Sequence record: MH791409.1
Reading direction: 5' to 3' (one strand)
DNA from: Escherichia phage EcWhh-1
DNA: 64,000 nt
A program made the translations under genes and the position numbers. Below, piece after piece: positions 19,119-26,990 of this stretch. The notes below the pieces were generated by a model. That model was not told the origin of the DNA. It saw nothing but the letters and a program-made list of their open reading frames with translations, and ran no database searches. Positions within the stretch are counted from its first letter, which is position 1; each line of letters opens with the position of its first letter.

Positions 19119-19455
19119 CACTTCTGCAATATTCTAAAAATAATTTATCGTTGTCTACCGTATCCCAACGACGCCAAGATGGATTCCAGACCAGAGCGTT
19201 GTCACCACAATCATTGAGCTTAAAATGGTCGTAGTACATAGCTATACGTCTAGTTTCGTCACCAGAGAACCCCAGTATAGGCTCACCATGGGTGTGATAC
19301 ATATGATGGTGCATTGAGAGGTCGCATTTGTAAAACATCTCACGTTTACCACGAACGAACAAGAAGGCTTGCCCATTCATATAGAATTCTTTGTCTGTTT
19401 TCAAAAGATATTTGAATACCGAATCTTTATGCATAAATCCTCCTACCACATCCAT
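19105..19455 (-). CDS. hypothetical protein with His-rich patch (HHHMYHTH)
   Basis: ORF in operon. Confidence 0.5.
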   Translation of the reverse strand: MDVVGGFMHKDSVFKYLLKTDKEFYMNGQAFLFVRGKREMFYKCDLSMHHHMYHTHGEPILGFSGDETRRIAMYYDHFKLNDCGDNALVWNPSWRRWDTVDNDKLFLEYCRSDVQL

Positions 19456-19464
19456 GTGGTTAAA

Positions 19465-19692
19465 TTATTTTCCTAACGAAACACGAGTAGGTTTTTTACC
19501 AAAATAGTCTTCGTAAGAACCATCTAAACGACCTGCTTTAGACCGACAATACGAATCATACTTTTTGTAATAAGTCATCTCAGTATTATAACGTGGGTGT
19601 CTATCGGCCATAATAATACTTAGTGGCCAACCTTTGGCATAATCGCGAAGACCGTTTATTTTACGAATGTATCGTTTTTTCAATTTTAGCAT
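19465..19692 (-). CDS. hypothetical small basic protein
   Basis: ORF in operon. Confidence 0.45.
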   Translation of the reverse strand: MLKLKKRYIRKINGLRDYAKGWPLSIIMADRHPRYNTEMTYYKKYDSYCRSKAGRLDGSYEDYFGKKPTRVSLGK

Positions 19693-19910
19693 GAGCTTGG
19701 GTACCAGATTTCACCATCGGCACGAGCAACGAAGGTGCGACCAGCTTCTTCACCATAACAAGAGCTATTCAGCCAATCTTCGAGACGAACTTCACCGTCA
19801 TAATCGTCGAGCTCAACACCAAAATCCTGAGCAGAAGCCATATCTTTTACTTTCTTATACAGTGCAGCCAGTTCAAGTGCCGCTTTTTCTAATTCATTAA
19901 TAGTAGTCAT
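19686..19910 (-). CDS. small protein, C-terminal W-x-P-S-S-C family member 5
   Basis: Ends EIWYPSSC-stop; ATG at 19910 with AAGGTGA SD (table ORF extends to 20039). Confidence 0.6.
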   Translation of the reverse strand: MTTINELEKAALELAALYKKVKDMASAQDFGVELDDYDGEVRLEDWLNSSCYGEEAGRTFVARADGEIWYPSSC

Positions 19911-19920
19911 TTTTATCACC

Positions 19921-20130
19921 TTAGCAAGACATAGAGGAGCTAAACCAGAAACCTTCACCTTCAGGAATACCGTAATCATCACGGACCCATTCGTAATCAT
20001 CATATTCCGGACTAGAAGCTGGAATATATTCTTCGCCACCAGCGTGGAAGTGCTGACCTGTTTCGTCAGCCACGGACTGGCCTTTACGTACTAATTCACG
20101 GATTTGTTTTTCAATTTCATCAATAGTCAT
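19921..20130 (-). CDS. small protein, C-terminal W-x-S-S-S-x-x-C family member 4
   Basis: Ends GFWFSSSMSC-stop. Confidence 0.6.
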   Translation of the reverse strand: MTIDEIEKQIRELVRKGQSVADETGQHFHAGGEEYIPASSPEYDDYEWVRDDYGIPEGEGFWFSSSMSC

Positions 20131-20139
20131 TTTATTTCC

Positions 20140-20337
20140 TTAGCATTCGTAAGAGGAGGACACCCAGGAGCCACCTGTAATTGTAATACAGCCATTGTAA
20201 ATCGTGATATGACGGTCCAGATGGTTTTCACCATCGATATAGATATCAGCTTCTTCGCGTTCTTCTTTACAAATCTGGATAACGTTTTCAATAGCTGCGG
20301 CTGCAGTACGGATTGCACAATCTAGTTCACGAGACAT
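20140..20337 (-). CDS. small protein, C-terminal W-x-S-S-S-x-x-C family member 3
   Basis: Ends GGSWVSSSYEC-stop. Confidence 0.6.
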   Translation of the reverse strand: MSRELDCAIRTAAAAIENVIQICKEEREEADIYIDGENHLDRHITIYNGCITITGGSWVSSSYEC

Positions 20338-20346
20338 AATAATTCC

Positions 20347-20628
20347 TTAACATTCAGAAGAAGAGGACACCCAACCACCATTTTCTAGGCTGGTAGTGTA
20401 ATCATGTTGGTTTACAATAGCGTACTGAGCTTCACCGTATTCTTCCCAGTGGGCAAGGTCGGCTTTCAGGGCGCCAGGAGAATAATAGTCACCGCCCATA
20501 CCGCGAGCAGGGTATATATTAAAATGAGTCTCATATTTGTTAGCAATTTCCTCAGCACGTCGAATAGCTTTATGGATATCATTTACTGCTTTGGCCAGCT
20601 CTTTATTTTTACGGTAATCATTCATCAT
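20347..20628 (-). CDS. small protein, C-terminal W-x-S-S-S-x-x-C family member 2
   Basis: Ends NGGWVSSSSEC-stop. Confidence 0.6.
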   Translation of the reverse strand: MMNDYRKNKELAKAVNDIHKAIRRAEEIANKYETHFNIYPARGMGGDYYSPGALKADLAHWEEYGEAQYAIVNQHDYTTSLENGGWVSSSSEC

Positions 20629-20637
20629 AGTGTTTCC

Positions 20638-20928
20638 TTAGCACATTGCTGAAGAGGAGACCCAAGCACCAACTGTAACGACACCATTTTCAACTTCACC
20701 GCCGTTGTTTTCAATTTCATCTTTAAACCACTGGGAGCATTCATAACCGACAGGATAATATGTACGGCCTGAACCATAATCACCGGTGCCGAATTGGATA
20801 CCATACTTATCGGCAATAGCTTCGCATTCATGTTCGATGGCATCTACTTTATTCAGAAGAGCATAGATAGCCTTTTCTGCAGATTTCTCGTCATTGTGTT
20901 CTGGGATTTCAATTTCAATTTTATTCAT
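20638..20928 (-). CDS. small protein, C-terminal W-x-S-S-S-x-x-C family member 1
   Basis: Ends VGAWVSSSAMC-stop; start ATG overlaps upstream stop (ATGA). Confidence 0.6.
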   Translation of the reverse strand: MNKIEIEIPEHNDEKSAEKAIYALLNKVDAIEHECEAIADKYGIQFGTGDYGSGRTYYPVGYECSQWFKDEIENNGGEVENGVVTVGAWVSSSAMC

Positions 20929-21314
20929 GATTTACATTCCTTAATAAAGGTTTCAAGGTCATTACGTTTAGTTTGTTTTACATACTCATTATAATTAGCC
21001 ATCTCTAAAGCATATCTCTTACGGATGGGAGCATTCAAAGCATTTGTATGGCAAATATCATACACGAGAGGGATAAAATAGGCCACAACTGCTGGAGCGA
21101 TTATCATATAGAAACCCATCTCAATAGGTGTGACTCCTTCGATTACAGCCATAACCACGGTCATTACCAGGCCAATTAGGCCACCAAGCATGGCTGTAAC
21201 AATCCCTAATAATAAATTGGCACCAATATCATATTCAGCCAATTGATAAACATGCGATGAAAGACTAGGCCGTTCCATTTTGAACCTCTTTAGCGTATTC
21301 ACGGCATTCAGCAA
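20925..21314 (-). CDS. membrane protein with C-terminal LETFIKECKS tail
   Basis: Hydrophobic helices; shared C-terminal motif. Confidence 0.5.
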   Translation of the reverse strand: MLNAVNTLKRFKMERPSLSSHVYQLAEYDIGANLLLGIVTAMLGGLIGLVMTVVMAVIEGVTPIEMGFYMIIAPAVVAYFIPLVYDICHTNALNAPIRKRYALEMANYNEYVKQTKRNDLETFIKECKS

Positions 21315-21807
21315 TAAAGCGATTAAGCTTCCGTTGTTGTTTACGACTTTCTAATGTGTACTCAGCAGTTAAGATACCAAGCTCGGCTTTATCATAATTT
21401 TTAATATCAGTGTAAGATGGTCGACGGTCGACCATTCCAAATACATCACCATTTTCTAAAGCCACATAGCATACTAAATGGTAATCATCGTCTGCCATAT
21501 TAAGAAGCACACAATCATCGCTCTCATTTAAAGAATATACTGAATAACGTAGTCCAGCGAATTCCACTCGTTGAATAGTCAGATTTACGTCAATAATTTC
21601 CAAAGCATCTTCAAAAGAAAGGTCTTCAGCTAAAGCAAAAATAAAAGGTAATTTGGTAGTATCGCCACGGCTAGATGTTCTGCTTAAGAAATCGTTTGAA
21701 TAGCCTAGGTCTTGGCGAATTCTATAAAGAACTGAATTGGTTTCATGGGAAAGACCACTATTTTTAAACCAATCAATATTTGATATAAGGTTATCATATA
21801 AACTCAT
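21265..21807 (-). CDS. hypothetical protein with C-terminal LNRFIAECRE tail
   Basis: ORF in operon; shared C-terminal motif. Confidence 0.5.
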   Translation of the reverse strand: MSLYDNLISNIDWFKNSGLSHETNSVLYRIRQDLGYSNDFLSRTSSRGDTTKLPFIFALAEDLSFEDALEIIDVNLTIQRVEFAGLRYSVYSLNESDDCVLLNMADDDYHLVCYVALENGDVFGMVDRRPSYTDIKNYDKAELGILTAEYTLESRKQQRKLNRFIAECREYAKEVQNGTA

Positions 21808-21825
21808 AATATTCTCCTCTCCTCC

Positions 21826-21847
21826 AAATAGGGAGACCGAAGTCTCC
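21826..21847 (-). terminator. hairpin (GGGAGACcgaaGTCTCCC)
   Basis: Perfect stem with tetraloop. Confidence 0.45.
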
Positions 21848-21855
21848 CGGTAATA

Positions 21856-22449
21856 TTACTTAAGTGAATTAATGTAGTCTTCGATATCGGCTGAAGTCGT
21901 ATCCATTCCAACTTGTGGGCCTTTAAACGTTTCTACACGCAGCAGGGTATCTTCAATATCAATCTTAGTCAGTGCAGCGATTTCAACCACATCATCGGCA
22001 GTAGCAATACCAAGGGCAGCCATATTACGAGTTTCACGGATGTACTCGAGCTTAACAGCCAGTTCTTGACGAGAGTCATCAAGTTCCTTGACCTTCAGTT
22101 TAATTTCATTACGCATTTCGATATAATCGTCTGCTTTCTTACGAAGTTGATTAGCGGTACGACGATAAAGGAGGCCTAGTTTAGCATGCACCTGAACATC
22201 GGCGCCTTCTTTAATCAGTTTACGAATTTCACGTTCTTTAGAAGCAGCGAGCTGGTCTTTTTCATTTGCCAATGCACGAATGCGTTTTTCTTCATTCACC
22301 GACTTAACATGAGCAGTCTGAAGTTCGGTAATTTTATCAATCAGGGTAGAAGCAGCTTTAGTATACTGGTCTTCAATTGACAGGTTCTGAGTCATTGCGG
22401 TACCCAGTTTAGAACGGATGAACTCAACAATTTTCTTTAAAGTATTCAT
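21856..22449 (-). CDS. coiled-coil protein (speculatively PspA/IM30-like)
   Basis: Long amphipathic heptad-rich helices; ATG at 22449 with AAGGAA SD (table ORF extends to 22524). Confidence 0.5.
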   Translation of the reverse strand: MNTLKKIVEFIRSKLGTAMTQNLSIEDQYTKAASTLIDKITELQTAHVKSVNEEKRIRALANEKDQLAASKEREIRKLIKEGADVQVHAKLGLLYRRTANQLRKKADDYIEMRNEIKLKVKELDDSRQELAVKLEYIRETRNMAALGIATADDVVEIAALTKIDIEDTLLRVETFKGPQVGMDTTSADIEDYINSLK

Positions 22450-22493
22450 AGTATTTCCTTCAGTTGGTTGGTATTTTGTAATCCATGAGGACA

Positions 22494-22523
22494 TTATACC
22501 CTGTCCTCTGAGGGTTGTAAACA
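22494..22523 (-). promoter_or_regulatory. early sigma70-type promoter (GTTTACA-N17-TATAAT)
   Basis: Near-consensus hexamers with palindromic spacer CCCTCAGAGGACAGGG. Confidence 0.55.
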
Positions 22524-22524
22524 A

Positions 22525-22788
22525 TTATTTCATATTATTGAAATAATCTTCCGCATCAAAATCATTATCGTGATAAACTTTGGTCGACAATTTAACGTAC
22601 CCTTCAGCAGCAAACATATTAACCACAACCTTTACGGTATACCACTGCCCATCGTCATTACCCATTACTGCGTAAGTTTCAAATATAGGATGGTCATCAC
22701 CTATAACTTTAATATCGTTTACTGTAGCACCAAATTCTTCAGGAACGCATTTCATAAAGAAATTAAACAATTCACCATAATTATCCAT
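22525..22788 (-). CDS. hypothetical small protein
   Basis: Table start 22803 is GTG; ATG at 22788 has AAGGAGAG SD. Confidence 0.5.
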   Translation of the reverse strand: MDNYGELFNFFMKCVPEEFGATVNDIKVIGDDHPIFETYAVMGNDDGQWYTVKVVVNMFAAEGYVKLSTKVYHDNDFDAEDYFNNMK

Positions 22789-22811
22789 TTTACTCTCCTT
22801 CACTCTGTTGT

Positions 22812-22853
22812 TTTGATAGGTCTATAGTATCACGTTTAAAGGAGGTGTAAACA
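22812..22853 (-). promoter_or_regulatory. early promoter element
   Basis: GATAGGTCTATAGTATCAC plus TGTAAACA. Confidence 0.55.
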
Positions 22854-22882
22854 ACTTTGTGAAATTATTTTTAGATTAAACC

Positions 22883-22908
22883 CCCTAAAAGGAGACCGAA
22901 GTCTCCTT
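22883..22908 (-). terminator. hairpin (GGAGACcgaaGTCTCC)
   Basis: Stem-loop after stop of 22912..23529. Confidence 0.45.
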
Positions 22909-22911
22909 TCA

Positions 22912-23529
22912 TTATTTACGGGTCTTTTCGAACTGAGCGGCGTCACCTGCAAGGCGGCGGGCTTGACGAAGTTTGTTATCAATTTCTTCGTGCATAGGCT
23001 GGGTATACTTAAGGCCTTCAACCGTCAGGTAAAGACGATAGAGGTCCGGGGTATCTAGGTTGTTAATGTGTTGACCATTACGAAGAACATTGAATTCTCG
23101 AACAAGTTGTTTAGTTTCGGATTCGATTTCCGACACTAAAGAAGCCAGCTGGTTATATTTTTTAACAATAGTGCTGGTGTCGAACTTGATTTTAGGTTTA
23201 GGAGCTTCTTTTACAGGCTCTGCTTTAGGTGTAGGTTTCGGTGCTGCAACTTTGGTCTGAGCCGCGGGTTTAGAAACAGGAGCTTTAGCTGGTTTAGCAG
23301 GCTTAGTAGAGCCACCGGCTACGATATCTTTAAAAGCTTTGGAAGCTTTGTAATATTCTTTCTGGCTACTAGTATCAAAACCATACATATCATAAACGTT
23401 TTTAAAGAACTCGGTAGTGGTTTTAGTCCCTGAAATTTTATCATAAGCAGCTTGCCACATATCTTTAGTCATGCGCACGCTGGCTTCATTCAGAACGCTT
23501 TCGTTCAAAAATTCATTGTAAGTTTTCAT
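22912..23529 (-). CDS. internal protein-like with capsid targeting sequence (MKTYNEFLNE) and Pro/Ala/Lys-rich linker
   Basis: CTS at N-terminus; KPAKPAKAPVSKPAAQTKVAAPKP low-complexity linker; late promoter upstream. Confidence 0.7.
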   Translation of the reverse strand: MKTYNEFLNESVLNEASVRMTKDMWQAAYDKISGTKTTTEFFKNVYDMYGFDTSSQKEYYKASKAFKDIVAGGSTKPAKPAKAPVSKPAAQTKVAAPKPTPKAEPVKEAPKPKIKFDTSTIVKKYNQLASLVSEIESETKQLVREFNVLRNGQHINNLDTPDLYRLYLTVEGLKYTQPMHEEIDNKLRQARRLAGDAAQFEKTRK

Positions 23530-23557
23530 TATTGTTTCCTGTGTTAATTAACTTATC

Positions 23558-23565
23558 TATTTATA
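23558..23565 (-). promoter_or_regulatory. late promoter TATAAATA box
   Basis: Exact TATAAATA on minus strand ~30 nt upstream of 22912..23529 start. Confidence 0.5.
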
Positions 23566-23567
23566 CA

Positions 23568-23595
23568 AAAAGGCCCAACCTTTCGGAAGGGCCGT
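23568..23595 (-). terminator. hairpin terminator (copy 1 of repeated cassette)
   Basis: aaaaaGGCCCaacctttcggaaGGGCC; near-identical copy at 24190-24217. Confidence 0.5.
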
Positions 23596-23598
23596 AAA

Positions 23599-24153
23599 TC
23601 AGTTCTTGTAGAACCGGAACGGGTTCACGTGGAAGGCCAACATAGCTTTAGGGATTTTACGAGACAAAAGACTCTTAAGCTTCCAGCCACAGTACACGCG
23701 AAGGTAAAATGTGATTCCGCCGACCTTAAGATAAGGAACTGAAGCAAATACACCCCAGGCGTCATCATTCCACATCCACAACCAACCATGGTGAGCTTTA
23801 TCAGGAGAACCTGATTCTACGTCAGGATTACCACGATAATGGAATTCCGAGCTACAATCACGGCCTAGTTTATGATAAGCAAAGTTATAAGCTTTATTTC
23901 GCCATAGCCAAGCTACTCTCTGGAGATAAACACCACCAGGCATTTTCCTGATTTTAGCCCAACGTTTAATATGACCTTTATCGCCGTCAATTGGATTATC
24001 GTATGTCATCATCCAATCAAAACCGTATGGCAATTTACCAGTCTTTTTATTATGAAAAGGAACCACAAAAGGCGCAAGGATAACGGCTAGAACCATAGAG
24101 ATAAAATCTAGTGGGACCAACAGAATCCAACTCAAATATTTTAAAAGTTTCAT
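23599..24153 (-). CDS. membrane-anchored protein, 184 aa
   Basis: N-terminal transmembrane segment; Trp-rich. Confidence 0.55.
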   Translation of the reverse strand: MKLLKYLSWILLVPLDFISMVLAVILAPFVVPFHNKKTGKLPYGFDWMMTYDNPIDGDKGHIKRWAKIRKMPGGVYLQRVAWLWRNKAYNFAYHKLGRDCSSEFHYRGNPDVESGSPDKAHHGWLWMWNDDAWGVFASVPYLKVGGITFYLRVYCGWKLKSLLSRKIPKAMLAFHVNPFRFYKN

Positions 24154-24179
24154 ATTATTTCCTAAGTTAGTTTACTGTA

Positions 24180-24187
24180 TATTTATA
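24180..24187 (-). promoter_or_regulatory. late promoter TATAAATA box
   Basis: Exact TATAAATA on minus strand upstream of 23599..24153. Confidence 0.5.
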
Positions 24188-24189
24188 CA

Positions 24190-24217
24190 AAAAAGGCCCA
24201 ACCTTTCGGAAGGGCCT
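24190..24217 (-). terminator. hairpin terminator (copy 2 of repeated cassette)
   Basis: Same sequence as 23568-23595. Confidence 0.5.
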
Positions 24218-24224
24218 TTCACCT

Positions 24225-24445
24225 AGGGTAACCTTGTCGGGGTTCCACCTGCTAGGCAAGTGTTCGGTGCGCCGTTTCAGCTGTGAGATAAGGGACTTTA
24301 AGAGGAACTCATGTACGCCTTAAAGTCGGGTCTTATTCAGGGAACTTCAGTCCGACGACTTACCGGTAGCGACCCGGTTTCTTGTTTGTTGCGCCGGTGA
24401 ATGCTGGTAATCAGTCTTCATACGACGGCTTGACTATATAATAGT
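24225..24445 (-). ncRNA. candidate stable small RNA downstream of tRNA-Arg (analogous in position to T4 species 1/2 RNAs)
   Basis: ~220 bp GC-rich ORF-free tract in an AT-rich genome, co-oriented between tRNA and terminator. Confidence 0.3.
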
Positions 24446-24452
24446 CTTCATT

Positions 24453-24527
24453 TGGTATCCCGCCCTGGGATCGAACCAGGACCGCAAACTTAGAAGGATC
24501 GTATGCTATCCATTACACCAGCGGGAC
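24453..24527 (-). tRNA. tRNA-Arg (anticodon UCU)
   Basis: Hand-folded cloverleaf: acceptor GTCCCGC/GCGGGAT, T-arm CCTGG-TTCGATC-CCAGG, anticodon loop CTTCTAA, 3' CCA encoded. Confidence 0.75.
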
Positions 24528-25161
24528 GTAATTTATTTAAAAGACAAGACAAATCGGAAATCTCATCTTTTTCTAAAACTATCAAATTTTCTAAAGCTTT
24601 CCATTTACAAAGGTCTCTATCTCTTTTATATCCTTTGACTTCTATATAAAAATCATAAGTGGGTAAATAAAAATCAGGAAAATAGAGATGTTCTGAACCT
24701 TCCCATTCGTAAGGAATTGGCTTTATTTCATTAGTATATTTGATATTGTGTTCTTTTAAAAACTTAGCAACTTTTAATTCCCAGGTCCCTTTAAATTTAA
24801 ATCCGTCAAACTCGTATGTTTTTACTCGACCAGAAACATTAGAAGCAGAATATGAATCAGGATTATCAAGAACAGCTTGCCGCATTCTTTTAGAATGTGC
24901 TTCTTTGCGTTCATTAGACCATACATATCCTGTATTGGCTTTTCTAAGTTTTTCTCTGGTTTTATCAGAAACATTTATTTCTTTACCTAGTTCTTTGGCT
25001 TTTGTAAATTGATTGACGCCTTTAAGACCAAAACGAGGGTTATTAGGGCCGCTCATATCCAATCCATTTGGGTTAGATTTGCACCGTTTTTCATGTTGCT
25101 TTAGTGAATTTAAGTTTTTACATTCTTTAGAACAATATTGGCAAAGCATAATTTTCTCCAT
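24490..25161 (-). CDS. homing-endonuclease-like protein (N-terminal Cys-rich finger, NUMOD-like repeats, C-terminal PD-(D/E)xK-like motif)
   Basis: CQYCSKEC...HEKRC finger-like segment; PDFYLPTYDFYIEVK resembles PD...ExK; sits in tRNA cluster like T4 segB; 3' end overlaps tRNA-Arg. Confidence 0.5.
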   Translation of the reverse strand: MEKIMLCQYCSKECKNLNSLKQHEKRCKSNPNGLDMSGPNNPRFGLKGVNQFTKAKELGKEINVSDKTREKLRKANTGYVWSNERKEAHSKRMRQAVLDNPDSYSASNVSGRVKTYEFDGFKFKGTWELKVAKFLKEHNIKYTNEIKPIPYEWEGSEHLYFPDFYLPTYDFYIEVKGYKRDRDLCKWKALENLIVLEKDEISDLSCLLNKLRPAGVMDSIRSF

Positions 25162-25217
25162 GAATTTTATATAGATATTTATTCATGGAGAAGTTGACTG
25201 CTCTACCTAATCAAAGT

Positions 25218-25294
25218 TGGTGACCCAGACCAGATTTGAACTGGTAACCTTTCCCTTATGAGGGGACTGCTGCTAACCATTGAGCTACAGGGCC
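25218..25294 (-). tRNA. tRNA with CAU anticodon (Met or Ile2)
   Basis: Hand-folded: acceptor GGCCCTG, T-arm ACCAG-TTCAAAT-CTGGT, anticodon loop CTCATAA, CCA encoded; one acceptor mismatch. Confidence 0.65.
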
Positions 25295-25301
25295 TTAATT
25301 C

Positions 25302-25721
25302 TTAACTAGACCAATTCCAACCTTCGGAAGGGCCATCATAGTGTACACAAATATCAGGCGAAATATTAAAATTGGTACCATCCGAAGAAAAAACACCTAA
25401 CTTTTTACCAAACTCGCTGAAACAGAACTGTTCACCGCCTGGTGACCAAACATCTTCAAATAAAACAGTGAATAGCCATCCGGCAATTAAATCGGCATCA
25501 AATTCTGTTACGCCGGAACACATTTCATATAACTCGTCATCACAGACTGTAGCCACAATATGAGCTGAGTGTTCTTTAGATTTTAACCAAATACGGATTA
25601 AATTCCCGTCAAAACAATTATAGTTAATTTCAGATGGTTGGCAGTTATAAAATACTTCTGTAGCGATTTCTGGATTTTCCCAGGTTTCGCTGTTAAAATC
25701 GATAAGAATTGGAGTAATCAT
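25302..25721 (-). CDS. hypothetical protein, 139 aa
   Basis: ORF in operon. Confidence 0.5.
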   Translation of the reverse strand: MITPILIDFNSETWENPEIATEVFYNCQPSEINYNCFDGNLIRIWLKSKEHSAHIVATVCDDELYEMCSGVTEFDADLIAGWLFTVLFEDVWSPGGEQFCFSEFGKKLGVFSSDGTNFNISPDICVHYDGPSEGWNWSS

Positions 25722-25824
25722 ATTTTCCTCATTAGTTGATTAATTCTATTATGAAAGGCTCTTTGAGGGAAGAACCTTTGGTAATAGAGGGTATTAATGA
25801 TAGAGTAATAATATCACATAATTC

Positions 25825-26310
25825 TTAAAGCATATCAAGTGCTTTCACATCAGGGATTTTAATTTCTTCTTCAATAATATACAGCTTAACGTAAGAAATT
25901 ACACGGATGAAATCACCATCATATTCACAAGCCATACCAAGGAGCTCAGTAAGGGCTTCATTCAAGTAGTATTCTTCCTCGTCGTCATTCAGCAAGGCTT
26001 CTAAGTCTTGGATACCGAGGGCCTTATCTAAAAATTCAGGGGTCAACTGGCCTGATTTTACACCCGATTCAATGTGGGCAATAACCAGATGCTTAACTAC
26101 GTCCCATTCCGAATTACCACATTTATCCGGGTTGTTGCAATGAGAACCATGGAAAAGTTCTAGGATATATTTGTACTGTCGGATTTCATGTTCTTCTACG
26201 CCAAATACAGTCTGGGTTTTATAGTTATCGCCATCATTTTCCCAGGTTTCAATTTCAATTGCATAACCTTTAGGGATAATTTGTCCGAATTTAATATTCA
26301 TTGTGGCCAC
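25825..26310 (-). CDS. hypothetical protein, 161 aa
   Basis: ORF in operon. Confidence 0.5.
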   Translation of the reverse strand: MATMNIKFGQIIPKGYAIEIETWENDGDNYKTQTVFGVEEHEIRQYKYILELFHGSHCNNPDKCGNSEWDVVKHLVIAHIESGVKSGQLTPEFLDKALGIQDLEALLNDDEEEYYLNEALTELLGMACEYDGDFIRVISYVKLYIIEEEIKIPDVKALDML

Positions 26311-26588
26311 ATATTAATGTAATCAAGTTTAATAGAAGCAATTTTCAAAGGATTTTTAAAGATGTCATATTCGACCAACCCATTTTCATTTGCCGTATAA
26401 AAAGTAAAGTTAACAGAATTATAGCGTTGGCTGTTAACTTTGAGTTTAACATCGCTTGAACTACGGCCAATATTAACCTGTTGAACATCAAGCACAGCAT
26501 CTTTGCCGTAATTTCGAATCAACAACTCAGCTGCAACCTGATCGGATTTATAGCCATTCTCTGGATTAGTAACCTTAACGTATAACAT
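26298..26588 (-). CDS. hypothetical protein, 96 aa
   Basis: ORF in operon. Confidence 0.45.
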   Translation of the reverse strand: MLYVKVTNPENGYKSDQVAAELLIRNYGKDAVLDVQQVNIGRSSSDVKLKVNSQRYNSVNFTFYTANENGLVEYDIFKNPLKIASIKLDYINMWPQ

Positions 26589-26990
26589 TTAACCCTCGTC
26601 TACAATAGTGTGGGTATTGGCATTAACAATCTGCCACCAGCCAAAACGATTAGAACCGTAAAGAGGCTTATTCTCGTTTTCTTTAATGATATCGCGCAGT
26701 TCATCTTCAGAGAAGGCTTTAGCGATTAAATCAGTATACCCGCCGCGTGGATAATAATTATCACCCGCAAACAAAAGGAAATTTACCTTTCCGGAAGGAA
26801 CATATGCTTCCTTAGGATACTTGTTTCCTGCGTGGTCGACAACTTCAATATAACGGTAAGGAATATCAGTTCTTTCAACCCATTGCCATGCCGCTGCAGG
26901 GGATTCAAAAGCATCTACACCTAAACGGTTATCTTCATCTTTAGACGGATTATTTTCGTAATCCGCATATACATAATATTCAACGTTCAT
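26589..26990 (-). CDS. hypothetical protein, 133 aa
   Basis: ORF in operon. Confidence 0.5.
   Translation of the reverse strand: MNVEYYVYADYENNPSKDEDNRLGVDAFESPAAAWQWVERTDIPYRYIEVVDHAGNKYPKEAYVPSGKVNFLLFAGDNYYPRGGYTDLIAKAFSEDELRDIIKENENKPLYGSNRFGWWQIVNANTHTIVDEG

Noticed and set aside
18762-19217. 151-aa plus-strand ORF, and the other plus-strand ORFs between 2000 and 31400
   Set aside because: All lie antisense to the co-oriented minus-strand early genes and lack SD or promoter signals.
22912-23529. Pro/Ala/Lys-rich segment as a possible histone-like or cell-wall-binding domain
   Set aside because: It sits in a CTS-bearing internal protein and resembles a flexible linker; no basis to assign a specific domain.
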